From an uncultured Acidobacteriota bacterium (GTDB lineage: Bacteria; Acidobacteriota; UBA6911), in assembly GCA_963809485.1 (NCBI GenBank), contig CAWEJX010000020.1, positions 704,001 to 768,000 of the forward strand: DNA of 64,000 nt, read 5' to 3'. Shown one piece after another: positions 1 to 9,878 of the stretch; within the stretch, counting starts at the first letter, position 1; every line of letters begins with the position of its first letter. The notes beneath the pieces are model-generated. The model did not search any database. It was not told the DNA's origin and saw nothing but the letters and a program-made list of their open reading frames with translations. Both the position numbers and the translations under genes were made by a program.

Positions 1-1
1 G

Positions 2-118
2 GCCGAAGAGCCTCCCCAGGGAATGAATATACGTGTTGCCGGGACTTTTCAGCAGAAGGAATTCAACGTCATCGGGAAAGTCTTTTGCATCGAGGCGACA
101 AAAATCACAATGGAGTAG
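2..118 (+). CDS. 3' end of a CDS truncated by the window edge (AEEPPQGMNIRVAGTFQQKEF...KITME*), function unknown
   Basis: Open frame from base 2 to TAG at 116-118; protein-like composition. Confidence 0.45.
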   Translation, partial: AEEPPQGMNIRVAGTFQQKEFNVIGKVFCIEATKITME

Positions 119-166
119 CAGCCCTTCGATGTGCGGACAGGGCACTGCGGGTCCGATAAGGGATTT

Positions 167-946
167 TCATTCCGGCATTTGATACGAAGCGACGAACGAT
201 ATTTCCCCCAGGTAGTGCGAGAGAAAGCGGGAAAGGCTTTCTCTAGCCACGGAGGCATGCTCCTTCCACTCACGGAAGGTTCGTATCATTCCTTCATCCA
301 TGAGGCTCCTGGCCCGATCCCGCATGCCGGTTGAGGGATCTGTGGAAAAGGGTGCGAGGAATGTGTCCTCCGCTTCATCGCTGATCACCCGCACACAACT
401 GATGGGAAGCTTTCTGGATTCTGCTATACGGGCCAGTGCGGCCGTTTCCATATCCACGACCGAGGCACCGAATTTGCGGCGGAGCAGGCGTTTATGCACC
501 GGATCTCCCAGCACGTATCGGGATGTCAGTCCATCTCCCCTATGGGCTGTGAGGCCGATGGACAGCGCCGCTCGGGCAAGTTCCTCGCAATCTGCCAAAT
601 CGTATACGCCATCCAATTGGACGTGGTCCCAGTCGGGATTTTCCTTGTCCAGACTGAATGCCAGTGCCCGTCTGACTGCGACCAGGTTGCCGAGTTTCAG
701 ACTGGCGTCCAGGGCGCCCGCGTAGCCGATGACGAGGATACGGGAGGGCGTGACCAATTCCAGAGCCTGATCAAGACTCTCAGCGGATCGCCTCGGTCCC
801 ACGCCCGATTTCAGGAAAAGGAATGACCGGTCGCCCCTCTCTGCCTGCCACAAGTTAAGGCCCTGGCTGCGGATCCTCTTCGGATTCCGGCAAAGCTCCA
901 TTCCGGCTTCCAGTTCCTCTTTCATTGCTGCAGCAACCAATAGCAT
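167..946 (-). CDS. Nucleoside phosphorylase / MTA-SAH nucleosidase family protein (HpnG-like)
   Basis: Motifs AAMKEE, SGVGP, GYAGAL, VDMETAA, VRVISD typical of the PNP/UDP phosphorylase fold. Confidence 0.8.
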   Translation of the reverse strand: MLLVAAAMKEELEAGMELCRNPKRIRSQGLNLWQAERGDRSFLFLKSGVGPRRSAESLDQALELVTPSRILVIGYAGALDASLKLGNLVAVRRALAFSLDKENPDWDHVQLDGVYDLADCEELARAALSIGLTAHRGDGLTSRYVLGDPVHKRLLRRKFGASVVDMETAALARIAESRKLPISCVRVISDEAEDTFLAPFSTDPSTGMRDRARSLMDEGMIRTFREWKEHASVARESLSRFLSHYLGEISFVASYQMPE

Positions 947-1147
947 AGGCCATCCAGCTTAGGGCGATTTGCCATCATAGTAAAGCCGGGGATGCCAATA
1001 AATTCTCTGGCGGGATTCAGAGTTTAAGTTTTTTTGAACGCACTCCGCTGCCGTTCGGCTCTATAGTCTTGTCGAGGATAAAGTTGAAGGAACAGCAATC
1101 CATCGGCTATATTGGGCATCCAATGATTCCCTGGAAGCGACATTAAG

Positions 1148-2116
1148 ATGCTGGCGTCGATATTGATCTTCCTGCTTTTGCTCTGCCCCGGATTTCAGCC
1201 TTCCGCAAAACTCGACGAGGCTATCCGGCTCTACTACAAAGGGGATTTCAAACAGGCTGCCCAATTGCTGTCCCAGTTGAGCGGCTCGTCCCCCGAAAAT
1301 CCCGATTTGAGGCTTTGGCTGGGAAAATCCTACCTCAAGACACGCCAATGGAGCAGCGCGGTCCGGGAGATGGAAAAAGCAGTCGAACTGGCTCCGTCCA
1401 AGGCCCAATACCACCTATGGCTGGGCCGTGCCTTAGGCGCCCGAGCGTCTCATACTGTATTTTTTAAGGCCCTCGGCTTGGCTCGCCGTGTTGTTAAGGA
1501 ATTCGAAACTGCCTCAAAGCTTGCGCCGGAAGATCTCGACATACGGTTTGACCTGCTCGACTATTACATCAGTGCTCCGGGCATTGTGGGCGGGAGCAAA
1601 GGGAAAGCGGAAGCTCAGGCTAAGGCTATTGCCAAACTCGATCCGAAAAAGGGTTACGTAGCCCGGGCAATGATCTTCGAAGACAGCAAAAATCCGGACC
1701 TTGCACGAAAAGAGCTTCTTCAGGCAACCATCGATTATCCGGGCGATGCCGACGCGCACAAGGACCTGGCCGATTTCCTCCTTGCCAGGAAGGATTTTGA
1801 AGGCGCGCTGGTTCATGCTCAGAGGGCGCTGGCATTGGACAGCGGCTCGAAGCGCACGAGGCTCTTGCTGGCTGCAGCCAGGATCCGGCTGCGCTCGAAT
1901 CTGGAGGAAGCCGGTAAAGCCTTGCAGGAACTTGTTGCGGAGCCGCTGCGCGACGAGGATCCGGCATTTGAGGAGGTTTACGGCTGGCTGGGAGAATTTT
2001 TTCTCGCCAAAAGCGACAACACAAAAGCGCGCGAGGCGTTCAAATCGGCACTTGCCTTCAATCCTGAATACGAGCCGGCTAAGGATGGGATCTCCAGACT
2101 GCGGCAGAGTCCTTAA
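1148..2116 (+). CDS. Exported tetratricopeptide repeat protein
   Basis: N-terminal signal peptide; repeated TPR-like helices (WLGKSYL, HLWLGRALG, ALAFNPEY). Confidence 0.8.
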   Translation: MLASILIFLLLLCPGFQPSAKLDEAIRLYYKGDFKQAAQLLSQLSGSSPENPDLRLWLGKSYLKTRQWSSAVREMEKAVELAPSKAQYHLWLGRALGARASHTVFFKALGLARRVVKEFETASKLAPEDLDIRFDLLDYYISAPGIVGGSKGKAEAQAKAIAKLDPKKGYVARAMIFEDSKNPDLARKELLQATIDYPGDADAHKDLADFLLARKDFEGALVHAQRALALDSGSKRTRLLLAAARIRLRSNLEEAGKALQELVAEPLRDEDPAFEEVYGWLGEFFLAKSDNTKAREAFKSALAFNPEYEPAKDGISRLRQSP

Positions 2117-2136
2117 ACCGGCTGAGGGTTTCTCCT

Positions 2137-3462
2137 ATGATCACACCATTGCGATTGTTCACCGTAATCTTCACCCTTTTATATCCCTGTGCCGGAATCG
2201 TTTTTGCGTCCGATCCGGCAGGGATGGCTCCCGAATCCAGAAGGTTGACGGTTCAGGAAGCGGTGCAAATGACGCTGTCCCGTTCTCCCGATGTGTTGCT
2301 GGCCGAAGCCCAGACGATTCGGGCCGCTGAGGCTTTGCGCGAGAGCCGCTCGCTGAAAAAGCCCCAGTTGGTTACCGGAACCGGGCTCGCATACAACAAC
2401 GGCTACCCGCTGAGCATGGAAGGGGCCGCTCCGTCGATTTTCCAAATTGGCGCGAGCCAGTCCATTTTCAGCAAACGAAATAACAATCTCATCCGTGAAG
2501 CCGAGGAATCCGGGAAAGCCAGCCGCCTGGGCATGGAATCCATTCGCAACGAAATGGCTTCGAAAACCGCCATGGTGTATTGTGAATTGTACAAAGCCCG
2601 CAAACTCGGCATGCTCGCATCGGCGCGATTGATTGCGGCCAGGAAAGAGCAGGAGCGTCTGGAAATTCTGCTCGCGGCCGGTAAAGTGCGCCCCGTTGAT
2701 GTGACGCTGGCCAGGGCGGGTACATACTCAGCACAACAGCAACTCCTGGTTGCGCGTGAGGACGCCGGTGTGGCCGAGGCCGAGCTTAAGTCTCTGACCG
2801 GTTTGGAGGAAACCGTCTCGATCGACCCTGCCGAGCCGAGGATCGAAAGCCCAGTCTTCAAATCGTCCGCGGAGGCGCTCTATCAGCAGGCTTTGGAGCG
2901 CTCGCCGGAGATCCTCCAGGCTGAATCCAGCATCCGTGCGAAGGAATTCCGCCATGAAGCCGAAAGAGGCGGAAGGCTGCCTCAGATGGACATCATCGGC
3001 CAGTATGCCCTTTTCAGCAAAGCCAACAATTACGACGACTTTTTCACCCGCTTCACGAGAAACAATTTCCTGATCGGGCTTTCCCTGCAGGTGCCCATTT
3101 TCGACGGATCGCGTGTCAGCGCAAGGGTGGCCCAGAGCCGGCAGGAAATCTCCGAGGCGCGCTATCGGCTGCAGCGCTTGCAGTCGGACCTGAAGATGAA
3201 CATACAGCGCAGCCTGAGCGCCCTGCGCATTGCCCTCGGGGCATTCGATCTTGCGCTCCAGGACTTGGAAGCCTCGCGGGAAATGGTCCGGGTCAGCGAA
3301 ACAATGATGGAAGCAGGCCGGATGGAATCCAGAGAGCTGGAAGAATCCCGTGTTCAGATGCAGCAAAGGGAGCATGCGCTGATCGAAGCCGATCTTTCCG
3401 TCATCGGGCGCAAGCTGGAACTGCTTCGCGCCATCGGATCCGTCGAGCTAGCACTCCGATAG
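2137..3462 (+). CDS. TolC-family outer membrane efflux protein
   Basis: Signal peptide; LTVQEAVQMTL..SP start; LPQMDI and LSLQVPIFDG strand motifs; two OEP repeats. Confidence 0.85.
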   Translation: MITPLRLFTVIFTLLYPCAGIVFASDPAGMAPESRRLTVQEAVQMTLSRSPDVLLAEAQTIRAAEALRESRSLKKPQLVTGTGLAYNNGYPLSMEGAAPSIFQIGASQSIFSKRNNNLIREAEESGKASRLGMESIRNEMASKTAMVYCELYKARKLGMLASARLIAARKEQERLEILLAAGKVRPVDVTLARAGTYSAQQQLLVAREDAGVAEAELKSLTGLEETVSIDPAEPRIESPVFKSSAEALYQQALERSPEILQAESSIRAKEFRHEAERGGRLPQMDIIGQYALFSKANNYDDFFTRFTRNNFLIGLSLQVPIFDGSRVSARVAQSRQEISEARYRLQRLQSDLKMNIQRSLSALRIALGAFDLALQDLEASREMVRVSETMMEAGRMESRELEESRVQMQQREHALIEADLSVIGRKLELLRAIGSVELALR

Positions 3463-3526
3463 CATGCGCTTGGAGGCACTCTTTCGCAGCGAAGCAGCGA
3501 GGACGGCCGCGAATAAAAGTTCGCGC

Positions 3527-3929
3527 AGTCAGGTACCTCCGGCAAAGCCGGAGGCTTGAAAGATTTGAACCGCTCAAAGCGGTTGGACTAGTTACGCCGG
3601 TCTTGAACGCTGACTTACGCGGGCAAAAGCCGATGAGGCGCTTCCGATCCCTGCAGGGGTCAGCGCTCCGCGCTGGACAGTTTTCTGCGGCGGCACTGTG
3701 GCAAGCGCCGTGCGTCAAGGAGATGAAGGGTATGAGAAACCAGGCGTTTGCCACAGTGCCGCCGCAGAAAACTCCATCGGAAGCGCCTCATCGGCTTTTG
3801 CTCGCCGACCCTCGCCGAACAAAACGGCGTTTGTCAGCGCTTTTGTCAGCGTTTCTCAGCGTTTCAAAATACGGAGCTGTCAAACTCTTTGAGTCCCCCG
3901 GCAGAACCGGGAGTTTACCAATGTAACTA
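3527..3929 (-). mobile_element. Non-autonomous element with IS200/IS605-like hairpin ends and a nested palindromic cargo (full copy A)
   Basis: 403 bp, colinear and highly similar to 59690-60092; end hairpins cctccggc-aaa-gccggagg (3536-3554) and cccggcagaaccggg; two internal 26-bp inverted repeats. Confidence 0.75.
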
Positions 3930-4006
3930 ATCGGTGTATATCATCGGCAATCAATCAAGGTCAGGCCCCCGGCTTGCCCAGGCAGCCTGAATCGGGGAGC
4001 TTCGGC

Positions 4007-4648
4007 CTAAACGGACAGCTTACGCAGAAAAGCTTTCGCTTTTCTTGCTGTGGCCGCGCGCGTGTTGCCCGTCTGGCGCCGGACAAATTCAACCACCGAA
4101 GCGCCGGCGTTGCCGGGATCGACAAACATTTCCAGAGCCAAAATCGCTTTGCCGACTGCAATGTTCCGGCATTCAGCTGTCGGAAATCTACAGCCCTCAA
4201 CCGCGATAAGTTGAGAGGCAATCAGTCCCCTCTTGTCCGGGATCGCGCGCCCGATCTTGCCAAGCGCGAGGATGGCATTGTTGGCGGTTATCAATTCACC
4301 GCCCGATATGAATTTAAATAATTTATCCAGGCATCCCCGAACCTGATTCCTTCGATCCACCGCGGCCAGATTTCCCACCATCGCGATCGCATTCCATCTC
4401 AGGATCCGGTTCTCGCTATCAAGCAGCTCCACTATCTTGTCGATTTTCCCGCAAAGCAGACCCGGCCGCTTGATTGACAGAAGCAGCAATGCCTTGGAAC
4501 ATCCGAATTTTACATGCGCAATTCCGCTCGAGGTCCCGCGAAAAACCGATTCGAGCAAACGGATATTGACGGTAACATTTGCCAGGATCGTCTCGGCGTC
4601 GGCTGTTCCGGCCGCAAGCGCCGCGTGAAGGCTGTCCTCATGAGTCAT
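4007..4648 (-). CDS. Hypothetical HEAT/armadillo-repeat-like protein
   Basis: Start reassigned to ATG 4648 (GAGG upstream, no overlap with the next gene); helical repeats such as LLDSENRILRWNAI and NAILALGKI. Confidence 0.65.
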   Translation of the reverse strand: MTHEDSLHAALAAGTADAETILANVTVNIRLLESVFRGTSSGIAHVKFGCSKALLLLSIKRPGLLCGKIDKIVELLDSENRILRWNAIAMVGNLAAVDRRNQVRGCLDKLFKFISGGELITANNAILALGKIGRAIPDKRGLIASQLIAVEGCRFPTAECRNIAVGKAILALEMFVDPGNAGASVVEFVRRQTGNTRAATARKAKAFLRKLSV

Positions 4649-4674
4649 CTCGGATCCTCGACGATGGGGAGGCG

Positions 4675-5133
4675 CTATTCCTCTGCCGCTTGAGGCTTTG
4701 CGGAAGCGCCGGCCCAAGCCTGGATGCGGTCCCTCTCCGATGGGCTCAATTTCGCATCGGAGTGTGCCAGGGTATAGTACCAGGGAGGCATTCCCCCTTC
4801 TCGAATTTCCTCCGCAATATCCGCCAGCTTGTGCGATTGAATTGGGTCGCTGTAAGAAGCCCATTCCGAGAAGTTTAGATTGCGCCGCCCCTCGTTAACG
4901 TCGCTGGCGATCAGCCAGGAAGCCGGAGCCACGCTGGAATACCAGGGCCAGACGGTTTCATTGGAGTGGCAATTGTAGCAGGTGCGGCGCAGCAATGATT
5001 TGACCTCAGGATCCGCCGTGAGGTCCGATTGGACCGGAGGATTAAACCTTTCAGGCCGTATCGCCTGCAATAGGAGAAATGCCACCACAAGAATTAGAAC
5101 CGTGATCCCGGCCTTTTTGCGAAGACTGTTCAT
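4675..5133 (-). CDS. Haem-binding domain monohaem cytochrome c (Haem_bd family)
   Basis: N-terminal anchor; CYNCH motif; WPWYS..AP.SW, LNFSEW and MPP motifs; RBS GGAGGGG before ATG 5133. Confidence 0.85.
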   Translation of the reverse strand: MNSLRKKAGITVLILVVAFLLLQAIRPERFNPPVQSDLTADPEVKSLLRRTCYNCHSNETVWPWYSSVAPASWLIASDVNEGRRNLNFSEWASYSDPIQSHKLADIAEEIREGGMPPWYYTLAHSDAKLSPSERDRIQAWAGASAKPQAAEE

Positions 5134-5311
5134 GTCCCCTCCCCTGAAGCATGCCTTGACAAACATCATTTAAATCAGGATGTGTCCATAGGGTACCTTC
5201 CCGCGCATAATTCTGTAAATCTTTCTTTGAGCCTCCAGTCTCACTGCAAATACCATCCAAATTCAGGCTTCCGTCTTCGAATGCCCAGCGCATCGATATA
5301 TACTAAATTCT

Positions 5312-7060
5312 GTGTATTCCGGGAGAAACGCTATGGATGCAAAACAAAAAAAAATCCTGACCGGCGTTGCTTTACTCATAATCCTTGCCGGGTTGATTTC
5401 TCCTTTGCTCTTTTCCAGCCGTGAGCCGGCTCTCCCTCTGAGCCGGGAGCCTCTTGCATTCGATGCATCTCAGGCCTTTCAAGCTACGGAGAAATTCGTC
5501 ACTCAAAATCCCCGGAGACTTCTCGGCAGCCTCGAATCCCGTCAATCCACCGGTTTCCTTCACGACCGCCTCCAGGAGCTGGGGTACCAGGTCGACTATT
5601 CCCATTTTGATGCACGCATAGGCAGGCGCAAAGAGGCCGGCAGGAACATCCTGGCTTACAGGCAGGGCATGCATCCTGAAATCCTGGCCCTGGCAGCCCA
5701 TTTCGACACTGCCAGAACAACAGTTCAGGGGGCGATGAAAAACGGCGCCGCCGTGGGTGTGCTCCTGGAAATGGCTCGGGTGCTGGCCGCAAAGCCGACG
5801 CGCAGAAGTCTGTTGCTCATTCTCAGCGATGGCGGCGAATGGGGGATGGCAGGAGCACAGGACATCGCCGTGAACTATCCACAACGAGACCGAATCGCGG
5901 CCGTTCTCTCTCTGGATTATGTGGCGGCCGGAGACCTGGCGGCGTTCAGCCTGGAGGAATCCGGTCAGCTGAAAGGATATTCCCCTCCCTGGCTGCGCAC
6001 GCTTGCCCGGCATGCCGCCGAATCCCGGGGTTTGCCGGTTCTCGAGCCTTCGGGATTACGAGAACACTTCGAACGCGCGCTGCTTATCTCAAAAGCGGAC
6101 CAGGGTCCATTCTTGAGAGTGGGCATCCCAGCTATCAATCTGGGAAGCCGATCCGCCAATCGGGCAAGAGAACGCGCCATATACCACACGGAACAGGATA
6201 CGATTGAAAACCTGAAAACCGGCAGCATCCAGAAATACGGGGAAGTCGCCGAAAAGATAATGAAATCGATGGACGAGAGTCCGTCCATCCCGCGCGAATC
6301 CATGGAACCCCTCAGGCTCTGGGACCGATTGTTCCTGGCTCCGAGAGCCATCGGTGCGTTTCACTGGCTCTCCTTTTTGCCCCTTCCGATCGTTTTCTTT
6401 TTTCTATTGATAAACCATCTAAAGCGGCTGAGCTTGATCCTGATCGCGCGGGAGTTGCTTGCAGCACTGGGGACAGCCGTGCCATTTCTGATCGTTTACT
6501 TCTCCATAGGCCTGTTCCGCGCGGCCCGACGGCTTCCCCTGTACAACCTCTATCCGGCGACAGCCAGGGATCCCGTGCTCGAAAATCCTTCCTGGGGCAT
6601 TCTGGGAGGCATTTTGGGAACAGCTCTGTTTGTGGCGATCCTATGCTACATCGTGGCGAAGCTCTCATCTCGAAACCTGCCCAAACCCGACTTTCATGTT
6701 TCCAAACTCGCATTAATGGGTCTGCTGATCATCACTGCAGCTCTGGCTCTGGCGCACAACGCCTATTGGGCATTCTCCTTTCTCGTTCTTCCCGCATGGA
6801 TTTGGGCGCTTGTCGGCTGGAGCGGACAAATCAAAAGACGGGCGGTGAACTGGATCCTGCTGCTGGCGGCGGGAATTCCCTGCTATGCTGGTTTGTCGGC
6901 ACTGGCCTCCGGGCTATTTCTGAAATGGAACTTTGTCTGGTATCACGTGCTTGCTTTACACACGGGGCTTTTCACGACGGTGGGCTATTTCCTGGCGGTG
7001 GGAGCCACAGCCATCGGTTTGCGATTCATGGCCATCCAAAATCATGGCACCGAAACATAG
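5312..7060 (+). CDS. M28 peptidase-fold membrane protein (N-terminal TM, soluble M28 domain, multi-TM C-terminus), probably catalytically altered
   Basis: GRNILA, AHFDT, LSLDYV, DQGPF, IYHT..D motifs; likely start MDAKQ at about 5333. Confidence 0.75.
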   Translation: MYSGRNAMDAKQKKILTGVALLIILAGLISPLLFSSREPALPLSREPLAFDASQAFQATEKFVTQNPRRLLGSLESRQSTGFLHDRLQELGYQVDYSHFDARIGRRKEAGRNILAYRQGMHPEILALAAHFDTARTTVQGAMKNGAAVGVLLEMARVLAAKPTRRSLLLILSDGGEWGMAGAQDIAVNYPQRDRIAAVLSLDYVAAGDLAAFSLEESGQLKGYSPPWLRTLARHAAESRGLPVLEPSGLREHFERALLISKADQGPFLRVGIPAINLGSRSANRARERAIYHTEQDTIENLKTGSIQKYGEVAEKIMKSMDESPSIPRESMEPLRLWDRLFLAPRAIGAFHWLSFLPLPIVFFFLLINHLKRLSLILIARELLAALGTAVPFLIVYFSIGLFRAARRLPLYNLYPATARDPVLENPSWGILGGILGTALFVAILCYIVAKLSSRNLPKPDFHVSKLALMGLLIITAALALAHNAYWAFSFLVLPAWIWALVGWSGQIKRRAVNWILLLAAGIPCYAGLSALASGLFLKWNFVWYHVLALHTGLFTTVGYFLAVGATAIGLRFMAIQNHGTET

Positions 7061-7198
7061 CGGCTGCACGGAATCCGCCAGCCTCGATTTTATCTGCGAC
7101 TGAACCATCGGTATTGGCAGGTATCCTAAGGCAGAGCCGGCGGATCTCTCAACGAATCGGCGCGGACGGTCTCTGGAGAGCCGTCCGCACCAAACCGG

Positions 7199-8041
7199 TC
7201 AGTTGGGGGCGGAGACGATGCCGCGGAGCATCTTGATGTGATTGCGAATGTAGGCGACGTCTTCGGGAGCCGCCGCATGCTCCAGGTAATACTCGAGATC
7301 GGCCAAAGCTTTGGCAAAAAGGCTTGTCTGCATATACAGCATCCCACGATCGCGAATTTCTGAACCCGTCCCGGGATTGAGCATGAGAATTCTGTCTATT
7401 ACGGAGATGGCCTTGTGATAGTACTCCCGCTGCATATAAATGCCCTTTAGGTTATACAGCATCCGCGTGAGGATCGCTCTTTTGCCCATGGGCTGAAACA
7501 ACGCCGGGGTTACGGAGACAGTGCCATCGGAGGTTTTGTCCAGAATTTCCTGGCACTCGTTGGGCGTTACAATCCGGCCAAGCCCGAACGGATCGATTAT
7601 GATTTCGCGATCGCTGGAAACGTGTTTTACCAGGAAGTGTCCCGGGAATCCTATTCCCTCGATTTCGAATCCGACGCGTCTGGCAATTTCCATATAGATG
7701 ACGGAAAGCGAAATCGGGATTCCCATTTTGCGATCCAGGACCTCATTCAGATAGCTGTTCCTGGGATCGTAGTAATCTTCAGTGTTGCCGCGCAATCCTT
7801 CCTGTACAAAAATCACATTGTTGATGCTTTCTATGACATTAGCAGGCCTTCGATCAATTCCTGCGAGCGCCCCGGCCCGGGCGGCAAACGTATCGAGCCG
7901 GCGCACGTAATCCGCGATATCCAGATCCGGGTACTCTTCCAATCCCATCGTCAGCGCAGCCCGGTCAAGGAACATGGCGTCTTCGTCCAGGGCGGCTATC
8001 TCGGAAAAGGATTGTCGGGCTTTAATGGTTTCGAGTATCAC
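7199..8041 (-). CDS. SirB1-family transglutaminase-like protein with C-terminal TPR
   Basis: YYDPRNSYLNEVLDRKMGIPISL, GFPGHFL, IDPF, EIRDRG. Confidence 0.9.
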   Translation of the reverse strand: MILETIKARQSFSEIAALDEDAMFLDRAALTMGLEEYPDLDIADYVRRLDTFAARAGALAGIDRRPANVIESINNVIFVQEGLRGNTEDYYDPRNSYLNEVLDRKMGIPISLSVIYMEIARRVGFEIEGIGFPGHFLVKHVSSDREIIIDPFGLGRIVTPNECQEILDKTSDGTVSVTPALFQPMGKRAILTRMLYNLKGIYMQREYYHKAISVIDRILMLNPGTGSEIRDRGMLYMQTSLFAKALADLEYYLEHAAAPEDVAYIRNHIKMLRGIVSAPN

Positions 8042-8730
8042 GCTGGTTCCCCGAAAAGGGCTCGCAAGCTGTCCGCCTGAACTTCTTCCAGAGATGCCGC
8101 AATTCTATCCGCTGCGCTCAGCATGGGACCGGGATAGCTGTTGCTGATGGCTAGACAAACCATTCCCGCAGCCTGAGCGCCCTTAATGCCGGCGACAGAA
8201 TCCTCGATTACCAGACATTCACCCGGCAGTATGGGCGGCGACTGCCTGATTTTGGCGTTCAGCCGTTCTAATGCCAGGAGGTAACTCTCCGGGTGAGGTT
8301 TTCCCCGAGTGAAATCCTCCGCGGCCACGATAACGGTAAAAAGGCTATCCAATCCTGCCGCATTCAGTGTTGCCTCGATCTCTTCTCTGCGTGCGCCTGA
8401 GGCGATAGCCAGGGGATAGCGCTGCGCTGCAGCCCTAATAAATCGGGCAGCGCCGGGAAATAACGGGAATCGATTCTGGAGCAGCCGATCGTAGGCCGCG
8501 ACCTTTTTCGCCAGTGCGTTTTTTCTTTGTTTATCGCTCAGCCGGAAAGCATGGTCCCGGCAGATGGCTTCGAGGCATCCGGCGTCATCCATCGGCAGAT
8601 ATCTATCCCAGTACGCCTCGCGTGTAAGATCGATGCCGAATTCAGCCACAGCGTCCCGCATTGCGGCAAAGTGAAGCGGCTCATCATCGAGAATGACGCC
8701 GTTAAAATCGAAAATAATGGCTTTGAGCAT
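8038..8730 (-). CDS. HAD-family phosphatase (beta-PGM/CbbY-like)
   Basis: IFDFNGVI, KPHPE and IEDS..G motifs. Confidence 0.85.
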   Translation of the reverse strand: MLKAIIFDFNGVILDDEPLHFAAMRDAVAEFGIDLTREAYWDRYLPMDDAGCLEAICRDHAFRLSDKQRKNALAKKVAAYDRLLQNRFPLFPGAARFIRAAAQRYPLAIASGARREEIEATLNAAGLDSLFTVIVAAEDFTRGKPHPESYLLALERLNAKIRQSPPILPGECLVIEDSVAGIKGAQAAGMVCLAISNSYPGPMLSAADRIAASLEEVQADSLRALFGEPA

Positions 8731-8792
8731 AGGTCTCATGCCTGGGAGCAAGGAAATCCCTTCTCATGACGCGATCGAAGTGTGAATGGAGT

Positions 8793-9281
8793 CTAGGGGA
8801 TTTCAGCCTTCAGGACCGATTCCAGTTTGAATTCAAGGATGGTCTCCGCCGGAATTCTCAGAACTTCCCCTTTCGTCAACACCTGGACTCCTGTTCCGAC
8901 TGCGGCACCCGATGCAGCTCCAACGGCTGCGCCTGTTCCGCCCCCGGCGATAGCCCCGATAATGGCGCCCAGGGCAGCCGTGCCGCCCACGGTCGCTGCG
9001 GTTCGCCTTCCCCGGGATGCGCCCACCTCCTGGTAGTCCGACGTGCGCACCATAAAGGACCGGCCGTCTGCAACCAGATCTGTAAGCTCAAGGATCAATT
9101 GAGGTTGCCCGGAGATTCTGCCCAGAATCCGAAAATCGATCATCCCCGAATCCCCGCGCACAAACTTGCCCGAATATACGGTGCCGTCTTTGAGTATGAT
9201 CTGGTCGGCCCAGGCAGTTGCCGAAAAAAGGCCGACCAATATGCAGGCTAAAGATATATAAAGATAAGGCTTAGACCTCAT
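8793..9281 (-). CDS. Exported glycine-zipper protein, possibly with an internal deletion
   Basis: Signal peptide ending AWA; [21 protein letters not shown] zipper; RBS GGAGG before ATG 9281. Confidence 0.7.
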   Translation of the reverse strand: MRSKPYLYISLACILVGLFSATAWADQIILKDGTVYSGKFVRGDSGMIDFRILGRISGQPQLILELTDLVADGRSFMVRTSDYQEVGASRGRRTAATVGGTAALGAIIGAIAGGGTGAAVGAASGAAVGTGVQVLTKGEVLRIPAETILEFKLESVLKAEIP

Positions 9282-9386
9282 TGCAGTCCTCCCTCCATCG
9301 GGCGGATGCACACAAAAAATCGGATCCGCCGGGAAAATGACAATGATTAAAGTTAGCGCCGATAGGGGAAAAATTCAAACTCCGAA

Positions 9387-9878
9387 TCAACGTCCATTAT
9401 CTTCTTCGGTTTTTGAGGGAGGGTAGCCGAGAAATCCGTAGCGAAGGACCTTGACCTTTACCATTCGTCTGCCGAATTCCTTGCACATGTCGTAGTTTGG
9501 TATGAAGATGTCGATGATTTTGCCTTTGATCAACTCGCCGGTATCGAGGACCTGATAGATCCCGCCCATGAGCGGTGAATCCACATAGATCAATGAGCCC
9601 AGTGGTATGACTTTCGGGTCGGAGGCAACCCGTCCGGGAGCGGTCGCTGCACCCGATTTGGTAATTCCGGTAACGCAATATGCCGTTGCCTGGAACTCCT
9701 CCTGGCCGCTGGAAGTAGACGATGGTCTTTTTATATCGTTGTAATAAAATGGTTTATCGGATATTCTGTAGCACTCGCGATGCGCAAAATGGATGATTCC
9801 GGCAAAGCCGGCTAATATAAGCGCGGTCCTCAGAAGCGAGATTCGCTTTCGGAATATTATCTGCTTTTCTTTCGACAT
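9387..9878 (-). CDS. 3D-domain protein (cell-wall lytic/binding)
   Basis: ATAYC, ASDPKVIPLGS, DTG, IDIF motifs; N-terminal TM; RBS GAGGAGG. Confidence 0.88.
   Translation of the reverse strand: MSKEKQIIFRKRISLLRTALILAGFAGIIHFAHRECYRISDKPFYYNDIKRPSSTSSGQEEFQATAYCVTGITKSGAATAPGRVASDPKVIPLGSLIYVDSPLMGGIYQVLDTGELIKGKIIDIFIPNYDMCKEFGRRMVKVKVLRYGFLGYPPSKTEEDNGR

Noticed and set aside
3527-3600. HEARO/IscB omega-RNA-like 5' end (gtca..cc..aaag..ggcttg)
   Set aside because: No IscB or TnpB ORF is adjacent; the similarity is explained by generic IS200/IS605 end hairpins.
3401-3930. Short ORFs inside the repeat (also 59576-60055)
   Set aside because: Frames are not preserved between the copies because the core is inverted, and there are no recognisable motifs.
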